NCBI GenBank assembly: GCA_902612825.1
Contig: CACMET010000002.1
Location: forward strand, 3,542-67,541
DNA from: an uncultured Alphaproteobacteria bacterium
GTDB taxonomy: Bacteria > Pseudomonadota > Alphaproteobacteria > HIMB59 > GCA-002718135
Direction: 5' to 3'
DNA: 64,000 nt
Position numbers and translations under genes: made by a program. Shown one piece after another: positions 1 to 8,501 of the stretch. Positions within the stretch are counted from its first letter, which is position 1; each line of letters starts with the position of its first letter. The notes under the pieces are model-generated. The model was not told the origin of the DNA. It searched no databases and was given only the letters and a program-made list of their open reading frames with translations.

Positions 1-129
1 ATGAACTTGTTAGAGCTAAAGTTCCAGAATTAATAACCAGAAAAATTAAGATAAATTTTAGTGTTTTAATAAAATTAACCATTTCAAATATAGTATAGTT
101 ACACTATGAATAGATAATTGTAATTTTAC

Positions 130-834
130 ATGAATCAATCAAATAAAAAAAATTTAGAATTTGTTATTAATTCAGGGGTAAATTATTTTCTTCAAGATTC
201 TCCTAGAAACTGGTTTGAAAATGAGAAAAAATTAGAGCAGCCTAATTTCCACAAGGATACTGGGGATAAAAAATCTAAAATAGATGGTGTTATTGAAGAT
301 CTTAAGAAACACAAATCGTCGCTTAAAAAAACAGCAAAAAATTTAGTAGTTTATGATGGTAACTTAAATGCAAAAGTAATGTTAATTGGTGAAGCGCCAG
401 GCAGAGATGAGGATCAACAAGGAATTCCATTCGTTGGAAGAGCCGGACAACTTTTAAATAAAATGCTTTTGGCCATTAATTTACAAAGAAAAGATGTTTA
501 TATCACTAATGTAGTTAATTGGCGTCCAGCCGAAAATAGAACGCCTAATGACGATGAAATTTTAGAATTTTTACCGTTTTTGCAAAGACAAATTGATATA
601 ATTAAACCTAAATTTATCTTTCTATTAGGTGGTGTCGCAGCAAAAGCCATTTTATCAACCCCTCTTGCACTTGGAAAACTAAGAGGCAAATGGCATGAAT
701 ACAAATCACTCAATCTAGAAGAAGGTATTCCTACAATAGCCTCCTATCATCCAGCTTTTTTACTTCGATCTCCTCAATATAAAAAACATTCTTGGGAAGA
801 TTTACAAATGTTACAAGAAAAATTACAAAAATGA
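130..834 (+). CDS. Family-4-type uracil-DNA glycosylase (cysteine-free variant)
   Basis: 234-aa ORF. Has GEAPGRDEDQQGIPFVGRAGQLL (GEAPG motif) and C-terminal SYHPAFLLR motif typical of family-4 UDGs. Stop TGA overlaps the next ATG (ATGA). Confidence 0.8.
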   Translation: MNQSNKKNLEFVINSGVNYFLQDSPRNWFENEKKLEQPNFHKDTGDKKSKIDGVIEDLKKHKSSLKKTAKNLVVYDGNLNAKVMLIGEAPGRDEDQQGIPFVGRAGQLLNKMLLAINLQRKDVYITNVVNWRPAENRTPNDDEILEFLPFLQRQIDIIKPKFIFLLGGVAAKAILSTPLALGKLRGKWHEYKSLNLEEGIPTIASYHPAFLLRSPQYKKHSWEDLQMLQEKLQK

Positions 835-2576
835 ATCATAAAAACTTTTCTATTATTTGTTTTTTTATATTCTTCATATTTTTTTCGAAACAAATCTATG
901 CATACCAACAAGATATAGTCATCAAATATGATAATATTTTCTCTACAAAGGTTCTTAGTGAAGAAGATGTATATAATTATCAACAAGCTTATAAATTTCA
1001 GGAAAAATGCAAATGGAAAAGTGCAAATAATTTTATTTTAAAAATAAAAAATAAATCTTTGCTTGGTCATATTTATGCGCAGAAATTTTTACATCCTAAT
1101 TGTTATCGATCAAAGTATTTAGAATTATATTATTGGCTTAAAAAATATAATGATCACCCTCAAGCAAAACAAATTTATAAATTGGCTATTCGAAGAATGC
1201 CAGCAGGTTATAAAAGTCCTACTAAACCTAGCGCTCCAATTGGTATAGAATCAGAACAAGTAATAAGTAAAAAAGCTAGTAAATATAAAAGTTCAAAGAA
1301 ACTATCGAACAATCAGAGAGCTGAAAAAAGAAAATTAGTTAACGGTATTAAATCAAGAGTAAATAAAGGTTGGCCAACGGGAGCAGTACAACTATTAAAT
1401 CAAAGAGATGTAGATCTATTATTAGATCAAGTTGAGATAGATCAACAAAAAGAATTAATAGCGAAAGGATATTTCTTGGCAAATAAAAATGATTTAGCAA
1501 TTCAATATGCTTCTGAAGCTCTTGTTAATTCTGCTAAATATGTTCCTTATGCAGCTTGGACGGCCGGTCTATGTTCTTGGAGATTAGAAAAATATGAAGA
1601 TGCTGCAAAATATTTTTCTCTCTTTTCGATTAGTTTAAAAGATGATGCGTGGCATCAAACATCAGGTAGTTTTTGGACAGCTAGATCATATGCAAAACTT
1701 GGTCGCTATGATGATATTAATTTTTGGTTAAAAAGAGCATCAAATAATCCAAATAGTTTTTATGGAATGCTTGCACTAGAAATTTTAGGGGTAGATAAAA
1801 AAATTGAATGGGTAGAGCATACTGATCTTAATAAAAACAATAGTACTATTTTAAATATACCAGCAGGAAAAAGAATACAGACACTGATTCAGGTTGGTTT
1901 TGCGGATGAATTAGAAAAGGAAATTGTTCATATCAATTCTATTTTAAATAAGGAAATAGCAAAAGAATCTATTCAAATTGCTGAAAATTTTGATCTTGCC
2001 TATACTCAATTAAAAATTGTAAATAAGCTGGAAAATTTTGGTATGGATGTTCCTACCTACCTTTATTACCCTACCAGTGTTTGGAAGCCGCGAGATGGTT
2101 TCAAATTAGAAAAAGAATTACTTCACGCTTTCATGCATCAGGAATCTATGTTCAACATAAAGGCAAAAAGTAAAGACGGTGCCATAGGGTTAATGCAAGT
2201 GTTACCTTCAACAGCAAAATTTATTACGACAAGTAAAGACGTTAAACAAAGCAATAGTAATATTCTTAAAAATCCAGAGATAAATTTAGAAGTTGGGCAA
2301 GAATATTTAACGTATCTTCTTGATCTAGAGCAGGTTTCAAGAAATCTTATATTTCTCGCAGCAGCTTATAATGGTGGTCCAGGAAATTTACAAAAATGGA
2401 AAATGGAAACAAATTATATGGAAGACTCACTCTTTTTTATGGAAAGTATTCCATCAAGAGAAACAAGGTGGTTCATAGAAAAAATCTTAACAAAATATTG
2501 GATTTACCAAAATAAAAACAATAAAGAAATGCGTTCCCTAAAAATGCTAGCAAATGGAAATGATCCACTTTATTAA
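831..2576 (+). CDS. slt: Soluble lytic murein transglycosylase (Slt family), secreted
   Basis: Track ORF 792..2576. Preferred start is ATG 831 (MNHKNFSIICFFIFFIFF signal-like N-terminus). C-terminal SLT catalytic region ESMFN...GAIGLMQV...AAAYNGGPGN. Confidence 0.85.
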   Translation: MNHKNFSIICFFIFFIFFSKQIYAYQQDIVIKYDNIFSTKVLSEEDVYNYQQAYKFQEKCKWKSANNFILKIKNKSLLGHIYAQKFLHPNCYRSKYLELYYWLKKYNDHPQAKQIYKLAIRRMPAGYKSPTKPSAPIGIESEQVISKKASKYKSSKKLSNNQRAEKRKLVNGIKSRVNKGWPTGAVQLLNQRDVDLLLDQVEIDQQKELIAKGYFLANKNDLAIQYASEALVNSAKYVPYAAWTAGLCSWRLEKYEDAAKYFSLFSISLKDDAWHQTSGSFWTARSYAKLGRYDDINFWLKRASNNPNSFYGMLALEILGVDKKIEWVEHTDLNKNNSTILNIPAGKRIQTLIQVGFADELEKEIVHINSILNKEIAKESIQIAENFDLAYTQLKIVNKLENFGMDVPTYLYYPTSVWKPRDGFKLEKELLHAFMHQESMFNIKAKSKDGAIGLMQVLPSTAKFITTSKDVKQSNSNILKNPEINLEVGQEYLTYLLDLEQVSRNLIFLAAAYNGGPGNLQKWKMETNYMEDSLFFMESIPSRETRWFIEKILTKYWIYQNKNNKEMRSLKMLANGNDPLY

Positions 2577-2582
2577 TAGGTT

Positions 2583-3110
2583 ATGCCAATTGATACCTCT
2601 CTAGATTTTGTTCCCATAAATATTGCTGTTGTTACAATTTCAGATTCAAGAACTAAAGAAAACGATACATCTGGTGATACATTAGAAAAGCGGATTACTG
2701 ATGCTGGTCATACAATGATTAAACGTACAATTATACCAGATGATATTTCTCAAATAACAGATACCTTAGATATAATGTCAAAAGAAAAAGAGATTGATTG
2801 CATTATTACAACTGGTGGTACTGGCCTAACAGGAAGAGATACAACACCAGAAGCTGTAAATGCTATTGCTAATAAACATATTGATGGATTTGGTGAATTA
2901 TTTCGCCAAGTTAGTTTTGAAAAAATTGGTACATCAGCAATACAATCACGAGCTGTTGCAGCTTTAATAAATAGTACGTATGTTTTTTGTTTACCAGGAT
3001 CAACAGGAGCATGTAAAGATGGTTGGGATAAAATTTTACAATATCAATTAGATATTAGACATAAGCCCTGTAATTTTGTTGAAATCATGCCAAGATTAAA
3101 TGAAAAGTAG
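2583..3110 (+). CDS. moaB: Molybdenum cofactor biosynthesis protein B (MoaB/MogA domain)
   Basis: 175 aa. TTGGTGLTGRDTTPEA, GFGELFRQVSFEKIGTSAIQSRA and PGSTGAC motifs align along the whole length with E. coli MoaB (recalled from memory). Confidence 0.85.
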   Translation: MPIDTSLDFVPINIAVVTISDSRTKENDTSGDTLEKRITDAGHTMIKRTIIPDDISQITDTLDIMSKEKEIDCIITTGGTGLTGRDTTPEAVNAIANKHIDGFGELFRQVSFEKIGTSAIQSRAVAALINSTYVFCLPGSTGACKDGWDKILQYQLDIRHKPCNFVEIMPRLNEK

Positions 3111-3724
3111 TGACTGATTTTTCTATAGAAAAAACAATTGATGGACCTGTAATTGGTTTAGATGAAGTTGGTAGAGGTCCATTGGCAGGCCCTGTGGTGA
3201 GTTGTGGATGTTATTTTTCTAATTATGATGATTTAGAAACTGAAATACCTATAACTGATTCAAAGAAACATACAGCAAAACAAAGAGAAAAATTATTTCT
3301 ATTTTTTAAAAAATTACAAAACGAAAAAAAACTTCAATATTACTTAGCGTATGCAAGCGTCGAAGAAATAGATAAAATTAATATTTTGGAAGCAACAAAA
3401 TTATCTATGAAAAGAGTAATAGATAAATTTAATTTTGAAAATCCACATCTTATTATTGATGGAAACTTTTCATTAAATTATCAAAATGAAAAATCTATAA
3501 TAGGTGGCGATAAAAAATCTTTATCGATTGCGAGTGCATCTATTATAGCAAAAGTTCACCGTGATCGACTTATGAGTATACTTGATCGTAAGTTTACATT
3601 TTATGATTGGAAAAAAAATGCAGGTTATGGAACTAAAAAACATATTGATGCAATACACAAACACGGTGTAACTCAATTTCACCGAAAATCGTTTGAACCA
3701 ATTAAATCTTTATTAAACAAATAA
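3110..3724 (+). CDS. rnhB: Ribonuclease HII
   Basis: 204 aa. GLDEVGRGPLAGPVV active-site motif. GTG start overlaps the moaB TAG by 1 nt. Confidence 0.9.
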   Translation: MTDFSIEKTIDGPVIGLDEVGRGPLAGPVVSCGCYFSNYDDLETEIPITDSKKHTAKQREKLFLFFKKLQNEKKLQYYLAYASVEEIDKINILEATKLSMKRVIDKFNFENPHLIIDGNFSLNYQNEKSIIGGDKKSLSIASASIIAKVHRDRLMSILDRKFTFYDWKKNAGYGTKKHIDAIHKHGVTQFHRKSFEPIKSLLNK

Positions 3725-3736
3725 ATTGCCCAAATT

Positions 3737-3872
3737 TATGCATGCAAAGAATGCATACCAAATATTATTTTATTATGCTTCAAAAAGATGCGACAAACAT
3801 TAAATAGATATTAAGTTTCATCATTCCTCCCATTTGATGAACTATTCCAGGGGTCTACGGACCCCTTTTTTT
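3737..3872 (+). ncRNA. Candidate small RNA / structured rnhB 3' UTR with CCUCCC hairpin loop
   Basis: Non-coding 250-nt gap. Hairpin TATGCAT-N7-ATGCATA (3737-3757). Hairpin TTCATCA-[UUCCUCCCAUU]-TGATGAA (3817-3841). Then a canonical intrinsic terminator (3849-3872). Confidence 0.3.
3849..3872 (+). terminator. Rho-independent terminator
   Basis: AGGGGTC-TACG-GACCCCT stem with UACG tetraloop, followed by a run of 7 T. Confidence 0.8.
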
Positions 3873-3910
3873 ATGTTTTTAGCCAAAATTTAAGGTTATC
3901 CCTACCTAAA

Positions 3911-4008
3911 GATTCCCTCTGTTGATAACTCAATTGACCTGATTCTATATCTGCTTAAAGATTCTTTTTATCAATTATGAAGAAAAATCAAATTATTTTA
4001 GGTGATTC
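3911..4008. promoter_or_regulatory. Cluster of four GANTC (CcrM target) sites spanning the ccrM upstream region and first codons
   Basis: GATTC at 3911, 3941, 3960 and 4004. ccrM ATG is at 3977. Confidence 0.4.
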
Positions 4009-5047
4009 CATCAAGGAAATGAAAAAATTAAAAGATCATTCGGTTGATCTTATTTTTGCTGATCCACCCTACAATCTTCAATTAAAGGATACATTATACA
4101 GACCTGATCAAACAACGGTCGAAGCTGTTACACAAGATTGGGATAAATTTAATACATATAAAGAATATGATCAATTTACCAATGCATGGCTTAGTGAATG
4201 TAAACGTGTTTTAAAAAAAGGTGGAGCACTTTGGGTCATAGGAAGTTATCATAATATTTTACGTGTAGGTTCTACTATACAAGATGAGGGGCTATGGATT
4301 TTAAATGATATCATTTGGCATAAAACAAATCCTATGCCAAATTTTCGTGGTACACGTTTTACAAATGCTCATGAAACACTTTTATGGTGCACAACATCAA
4401 GAGAAGCGAAATACACATTCAACTATCAAAACCTCAAAGAACTAAATGAAGGAAAACAAATGCGTAGTGACTGGTATATTCCTATTTGTTCAGGGAAAGA
4501 AAGATTACGTAAAGATAACAATCAACGATCACACCCAACACAAAAACCAGAAGCTCTCCTCTACCGAATTCTATTAGCCTCAACAAACAAAGGTGATCTT
4601 GTTCTTGATCCATTTTCAGGAAGTGGAACAACAGCTGTTGTTGCAAAAAAATTACAACGAAAATTTATTGGTATAGAAAAAGATAAAGATTACGTTAAAC
4701 TTTCAAAAGAACGATTAAAGAATACAAAAGTATTGAAAGAAGATGTTGTCACTATTGCAAAGAGCAGAAAAGAATTACCGAAAGTTCCTTTTGGCGAATT
4801 AGTCGAGCAAGGAATTATTCCACCTGGCGCAGTGTTAACTGATAAGAAAGAACGTTTTAAAGCAACAGTTAGTATTGATGGTACGCTTAAAATAAAAGAT
4901 TTAACAGGATCTATTCATCAAATGGGAGCAAAGATACAAGGACTACCAAGTTGTAATGGATGGGATTTTTGGCATGTAAAAAATAAGTCTAAATCAATCC
5001 TACTTGACGAAATACGATCTAATTACCGTAAAGATAAACTGAATTAA
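3977..5047 (+). CDS. ccrM: CcrM-type N6-adenine DNA methyltransferase (GANTC-specific family, orphan)
   Basis: 356 aa. FADPPYNL catalytic motif and FSGSGTT AdoMet motif (beta-class order). Has the long C-terminal extension typical of CcrM. No restriction enzyme gene adjacent. Confidence 0.9.
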   Translation: MKKNQIILGDSIKEMKKLKDHSVDLIFADPPYNLQLKDTLYRPDQTTVEAVTQDWDKFNTYKEYDQFTNAWLSECKRVLKKGGALWVIGSYHNILRVGSTIQDEGLWILNDIIWHKTNPMPNFRGTRFTNAHETLLWCTTSREAKYTFNYQNLKELNEGKQMRSDWYIPICSGKERLRKDNNQRSHPTQKPEALLYRILLASTNKGDLVLDPFSGSGTTAVVAKKLQRKFIGIEKDKDYVKLSKERLKNTKVLKEDVVTIAKSRKELPKVPFGELVEQGIIPPGAVLTDKKERFKATVSIDGTLKIKDLTGSIHQMGAKIQGLPSCNGWDFWHVKNKSKSILLDEIRSNYRKDKLN

Positions 5048-5130
5048 AAAAAATTTTCATTTTAAACTATTAAGTTTTCTGTTAATTTTATTATTCAAAA
5101 CAAAACTGCTTATTAAATAAAAGGACTATT

Positions 5131-5496
5131 ATGAAAAAATTTGAAGACTTAATGAGTGTTAAAAATGAAATTGAAAATATAACTGCAGAAGAAGCAAAAG
5201 AAAAACTTAATGATCCAAATGTGCAATTTATTGATGTTAGAGATAAAGAAAGTTTTGAAAAAGAAACTATTGGAAATGCAATGCATTTGGACAAAGCTTT
5301 TCTTGAATTTTATTTAGCCGAGGGTAGTCCTTTAGAAAATGAATTTTTTAAAAACAACCCAGATAAAGAATATGTTGTATTTTGTGGTGTTGGTGGGCAA
5401 GGAACTTTAGCCACTAAAACTATGCAGGATATGGGTATTAAAAATGTTAAGAATATTACTGGCGGTATGGCAGAATGGGAAAAAATTAAAAAATAA
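5131..5496 (+). CDS. Rhodanese-domain protein
   Basis: 121 aa. Single rhodanese-like fold pattern (IDVR..., FCGVGGQG active-site loop, ITGGMAEW). Confidence 0.7.
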   Translation: MKKFEDLMSVKNEIENITAEEAKEKLNDPNVQFIDVRDKESFEKETIGNAMHLDKAFLEFYLAEGSPLENEFFKNNPDKEYVVFCGVGGQGTLATKTMQDMGIKNVKNITGGMAEWEKIKK

Positions 5497-5511
5497 TTAA
5501 TTTTAAGGAAT

Positions 5512-5928
5512 ATGCATAAAGTATTACTTATTTTTATAATTACATATCTTTTTTCATTACCAGCCATAACATTAACAAATAAAGATTTTACAGATAAACA
5601 ATTACTGTGTCCTAAGTTATTATGGGGAGTTGAATTTATTTCTTCTAATAGAGTCAAAGTAATTGAAACAGATTTAAATAAGAAAACTTCAATTAATGAA
5701 TATTTCTATGATACTGATTTAGATCTATCATTTATTAATATATTCCAAAGTGAAAATAATATTAGGGATAGAGTCTACTCTATTGAACTAAATACTCTGA
5801 GGGTTGATGTATGGGCAATGACGGGGGGAGGCTTTACAACAAGAGAAATGTTTCCTATGGGTTTGTGTGAGTTTGTAGAAAATGATGATATTTTTTCCCA
5901 GATAAAAAATTTAAAATCAAACCAATAA
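5512..5928 (+). CDS. Hypothetical secreted protein
   Basis: 138 aa with hydrophobic N-terminal signal-like segment (MHKVLLIFIITYLFSLPA). No recognisable domain. Confidence 0.45.
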   Translation: MHKVLLIFIITYLFSLPAITLTNKDFTDKQLLCPKLLWGVEFISSNRVKVIETDLNKKTSINEYFYDTDLDLSFINIFQSENNIRDRVYSIELNTLRVDVWAMTGGGFTTREMFPMGLCEFVENDDIFSQIKNLKSNQ

Positions 5929-5950
5929 ATTTAAAATTTCATTAGTATTT

Positions 5951-8392
5951 CTAAAAATTGTACGTGAGCATTAATTCTGCCTCTTGATTAGAATTATTAC
6001 TAATAGATTGATTAGCATTAAACCCTAAATCAAAACCATATATATTTTTTGATATACCAAGTTTAGCCTCTGCATTTTCATCACCGGCTAATGAGAGACT
6101 GTATTGCGTCTCACGATTTGATATAAAGTTAATAGCAAAGTCTATAGTATCTCTTCGTTCACTCCTGTTGCCTTGAACTCTACTATAACTAGAGTTAATA
6201 TTTAAATAATCTCCAGCAATAAATGTTAACCCAACCATAGAGCTTATTAAATGATCTGAATTCGTTTCTTGCGTATAGGTATAAATTGTTGAAGTATCTG
6301 TTACATAATTGATCTTGGCATCCGATGAATTACTAAAATCAGTAATAACTTTAAGCGATCCAAATGGTTGAAATTTATTTTCATTAAACTGAATATTATC
6401 GCTAACTTCAAAACCAAATGAGGCTAATCCACTCTCTATTGTCTGACTTGCATAATACAAAGCATTTATTCCAGTCTCCTTGTAGTCATCAAGTTTAGTA
6501 TAGCCTAAATCAAGACGTCCAATTGGTGTTATATTAAAATCACCGCGGTCAATTGTTTTACCATAATTGATGGAACCAAATATTTGCGTTCCATCCCGCG
6601 TACCAGTTAATACACTAGAATTATGGACTCTTTTTAAATCACTTTCTATTAACCCTATGCCTAATAGTGTTTCGATAAAATTATTATTATCAAGTGGCCT
6701 TGTTCGGTAAATAGAGAAATTCATATTTTCACTATCAATACTTGTTCCATTTGTTCCAATATCCGTATCACTCTGACCATATTGAATAGCAAAACCAAGA
6801 AAATCACTATCACTTAATTTTTTATCAAATCCTAATGCTACTGCTTGCCCTTCAGTTTCTTGTGATGATGAATTTGTACTATCACCAATTTTTGACAGAT
6901 AAGTTGATCCGGATGTCCATGCAGACCAATTATTCGGCATGATGGAATTGGTATTTTTTTCTATATTATCATTTGCTAATGAGGTGAGAATTGTATTGCC
7001 AAAATCTATCTGCAAACCTTGGTTAGATAAAGTATCACTCAATCTATTTTGTCTTAAAAATCGTAAACGATTTGAGACAGTATCAATAGACTGACTAATA
7101 TAGTTTTTTGCTAATTCACTTTGTGCATCTATGGAGCCTATAACATCTTTAATTGTTGTTGGATCCAACCTATCATCGCTAACAGTAAAACTTAAAGCCG
7201 TTGTTGACGTTATACCAGCATAAGAAGCATCACTTCCATCATCAAAAGCTGTAGCATCAATTAATACATAATATTCAACATTATACTCAAAATCTGAACT
7301 AGGATTAATTGTTATCGCGGTTGTTCCAGTACCAGTGACTTGACTACTCGTGACATCAATTGTTTCAACAAGAGAGTTATCGGATGTTTTATAAATTTCT
7401 ATATTACCACTTTCTACATCCATCGATTCACTAAAGTTTAAAACTATATTAGCATTTATTAAAACACCCGTAGCATTATCTGCTGGCACTGAAGAGCTTA
7501 GAGTTGGTGTTGTTAAATTATAGGCAGCAGGTAATAAATATTCTACTATTATCTCATCATTAACAGCAATAAATAATTTTTTTCCATCACAACTACTACA
7601 CCTATTTAATTCTATACCCCAAGGATGTTGACCTCCTACATTGTGTCCAGCTGAGTCTAAAATCTTATCAGCGAATTCAGCAGTCGTAATATCATACCCA
7701 GTTGTTAAGACGTATTCATGTACTTCTTCTTTCTCCAAAATAAACATTGTCGTTCCATCAGGGTTAAATATCAATGATCGTGCATCTTCAGTTTCAGCTG
7801 AAATATCAATACGTTGAACATAATTGATCGTACTTAAATCAAAACCAGTTGATAAACTGTATTCATCAATCTGATTGTTTCCATTATCTGCAGCAAACAA
7901 TTTGGTACCATCTTGATTGAACGCGAAGCCACTTGAGGTACCATCTGATAATGAAGCATCAACAGTAAAACTTGCTGTTGTAATGTCAAAGGCTGTACCT
8001 AGAGAAAATTCTCTTATGGTTGAAGAAACACCTACAATAAAAAACATTTTGGTGCCATCGTTATTAAATCGTAAAGAATAAGGATTGGCTATTTTAGCTC
8101 CTGTAAGCTGATCTCCTTCAGAGATTGTGGATAAATCATAACCAGTTGATAAGTCATATTGAACTATACGATCATTCAGAATTCCACTTACAAACATTTT
8201 AGTACCATCATTATTGAATGTTATACTTCTAAGCAGTCGTCCAGTAAAATCATCTGTGAGATCATCATTATCTAATTTGACTCCGTTTGTTGTATCTGCG
8301 GCTTTAAGAGAGCTAATAAAAATACAATTAAAAAATAAAAATAGAAAAGAGTAGATTAAATATTTTTTCATTTTGACCAAGCTTACAAACAT
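5951..8392 (-). CDS. Autotransporter outer-membrane protein (beta-propeller-like repeats + Ig-like domain + C-terminal beta-barrel)
   Basis: 813 aa with signal peptide (alternative start M8 at 8371). Five ~50-aa repeats with FNxDGTKMF core. Ig-like segment (VPADNATGV...YYVLIDATAFDD). C-terminal ~370 aa shows the autotransporter beta-domain pattern and ends in aromatic F (LTYNF). Confidence 0.75.
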   Translation of the reverse strand: MFVSLVKMKKYLIYSFLFLFFNCIFISSLKAADTTNGVKLDNDDLTDDFTGRLLRSITFNNDGTKMFVSGILNDRIVQYDLSTGYDLSTISEGDQLTGAKIANPYSLRFNNDGTKMFFIVGVSSTIREFSLGTAFDITTASFTVDASLSDGTSSGFAFNQDGTKLFAADNGNNQIDEYSLSTGFDLSTINYVQRIDISAETEDARSLIFNPDGTTMFILEKEEVHEYVLTTGYDITTAEFADKILDSAGHNVGGQHPWGIELNRCSSCDGKKLFIAVNDEIIVEYLLPAAYNLTTPTLSSSVPADNATGVLINANIVLNFSESMDVESGNIEIYKTSDNSLVETIDVTSSQVTGTGTTAITINPSSDFEYNVEYYVLIDATAFDDGSDASYAGITSTTALSFTVSDDRLDPTTIKDVIGSIDAQSELAKNYISQSIDTVSNRLRFLRQNRLSDTLSNQGLQIDFGNTILTSLANDNIEKNTNSIMPNNWSAWTSGSTYLSKIGDSTNSSSQETEGQAVALGFDKKLSDSDFLGFAIQYGQSDTDIGTNGTSIDSENMNFSIYRTRPLDNNNFIETLLGIGLIESDLKRVHNSSVLTGTRDGTQIFGSINYGKTIDRGDFNITPIGRLDLGYTKLDDYKETGINALYYASQTIESGLASFGFEVSDNIQFNENKFQPFGSLKVITDFSNSSDAKINYVTDTSTIYTYTQETNSDHLISSMVGLTFIAGDYLNINSSYSRVQGNRSERRDTIDFAINFISNRETQYSLSLAGDENAEAKLGISKNIYGFDLGFNANQSISNNSNQEAELMLTYNF
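7517..8239 (-). repeat. Five tandem ~150-nt coding repeats (FNxDGTK[ML]F ... Y.L.TG[YF]D[LI][ST]T)
   Basis: Protein residues ~52-292 of the autotransporter show five degenerate blades readable directly in the translation. Confidence 0.6.
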
Positions 8393-8501
8393 AAAAAACT
8401 TTTAATAATGTTTGGCCTTTTTTATTTTAAAATAGGGCTAGTGGCCGACCTATTTGTATAATTATCAGTCTTTTTAAGTATTTTTTTTAAATTTAATAGA
8501 A

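Noticed and set aside
1-33. Possible 3' end of an upstream plus-strand gene (frame ending TAA at 31-33)
   Set aside because: Only 10 codons are visible, which is not enough to support a call.
792-830. N-terminal extension of the Slt ORF into the UDG gene
   Set aside because: The downstream ATG 831 gives a proper signal peptide and an ATGA stop/start overlap. Similar over-extensions were trimmed for purC (14085-14126), DUF721 (23236-23310), the Rieske ferredoxin (50883-50921), the binding protein (53320-53346) and amtB-2 (63567-63596).
3738-3803. 21-codon ORF (MHAKNAYQILFYYASKRCDKH) in the rnhB-ccrM spacer
   Set aside because: It has no Shine-Dalgarno and overlaps the predicted hairpin. A structured RNA interpretation is preferred.
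3873-3976. Search for a CtrA box (TTAA-N7-TTAA) upstream of ccrM
   Set aside because: No full match is visible by eye; only isolated TTAA half-sites occur, which are meaningless in AT-rich DNA.
5310-5657. 115-aa minus-strand ORF across the rhodanese / hypothetical gene junction
   Set aside because: Antisense to two plus-strand ORFs and lacks a ribosome-binding site.
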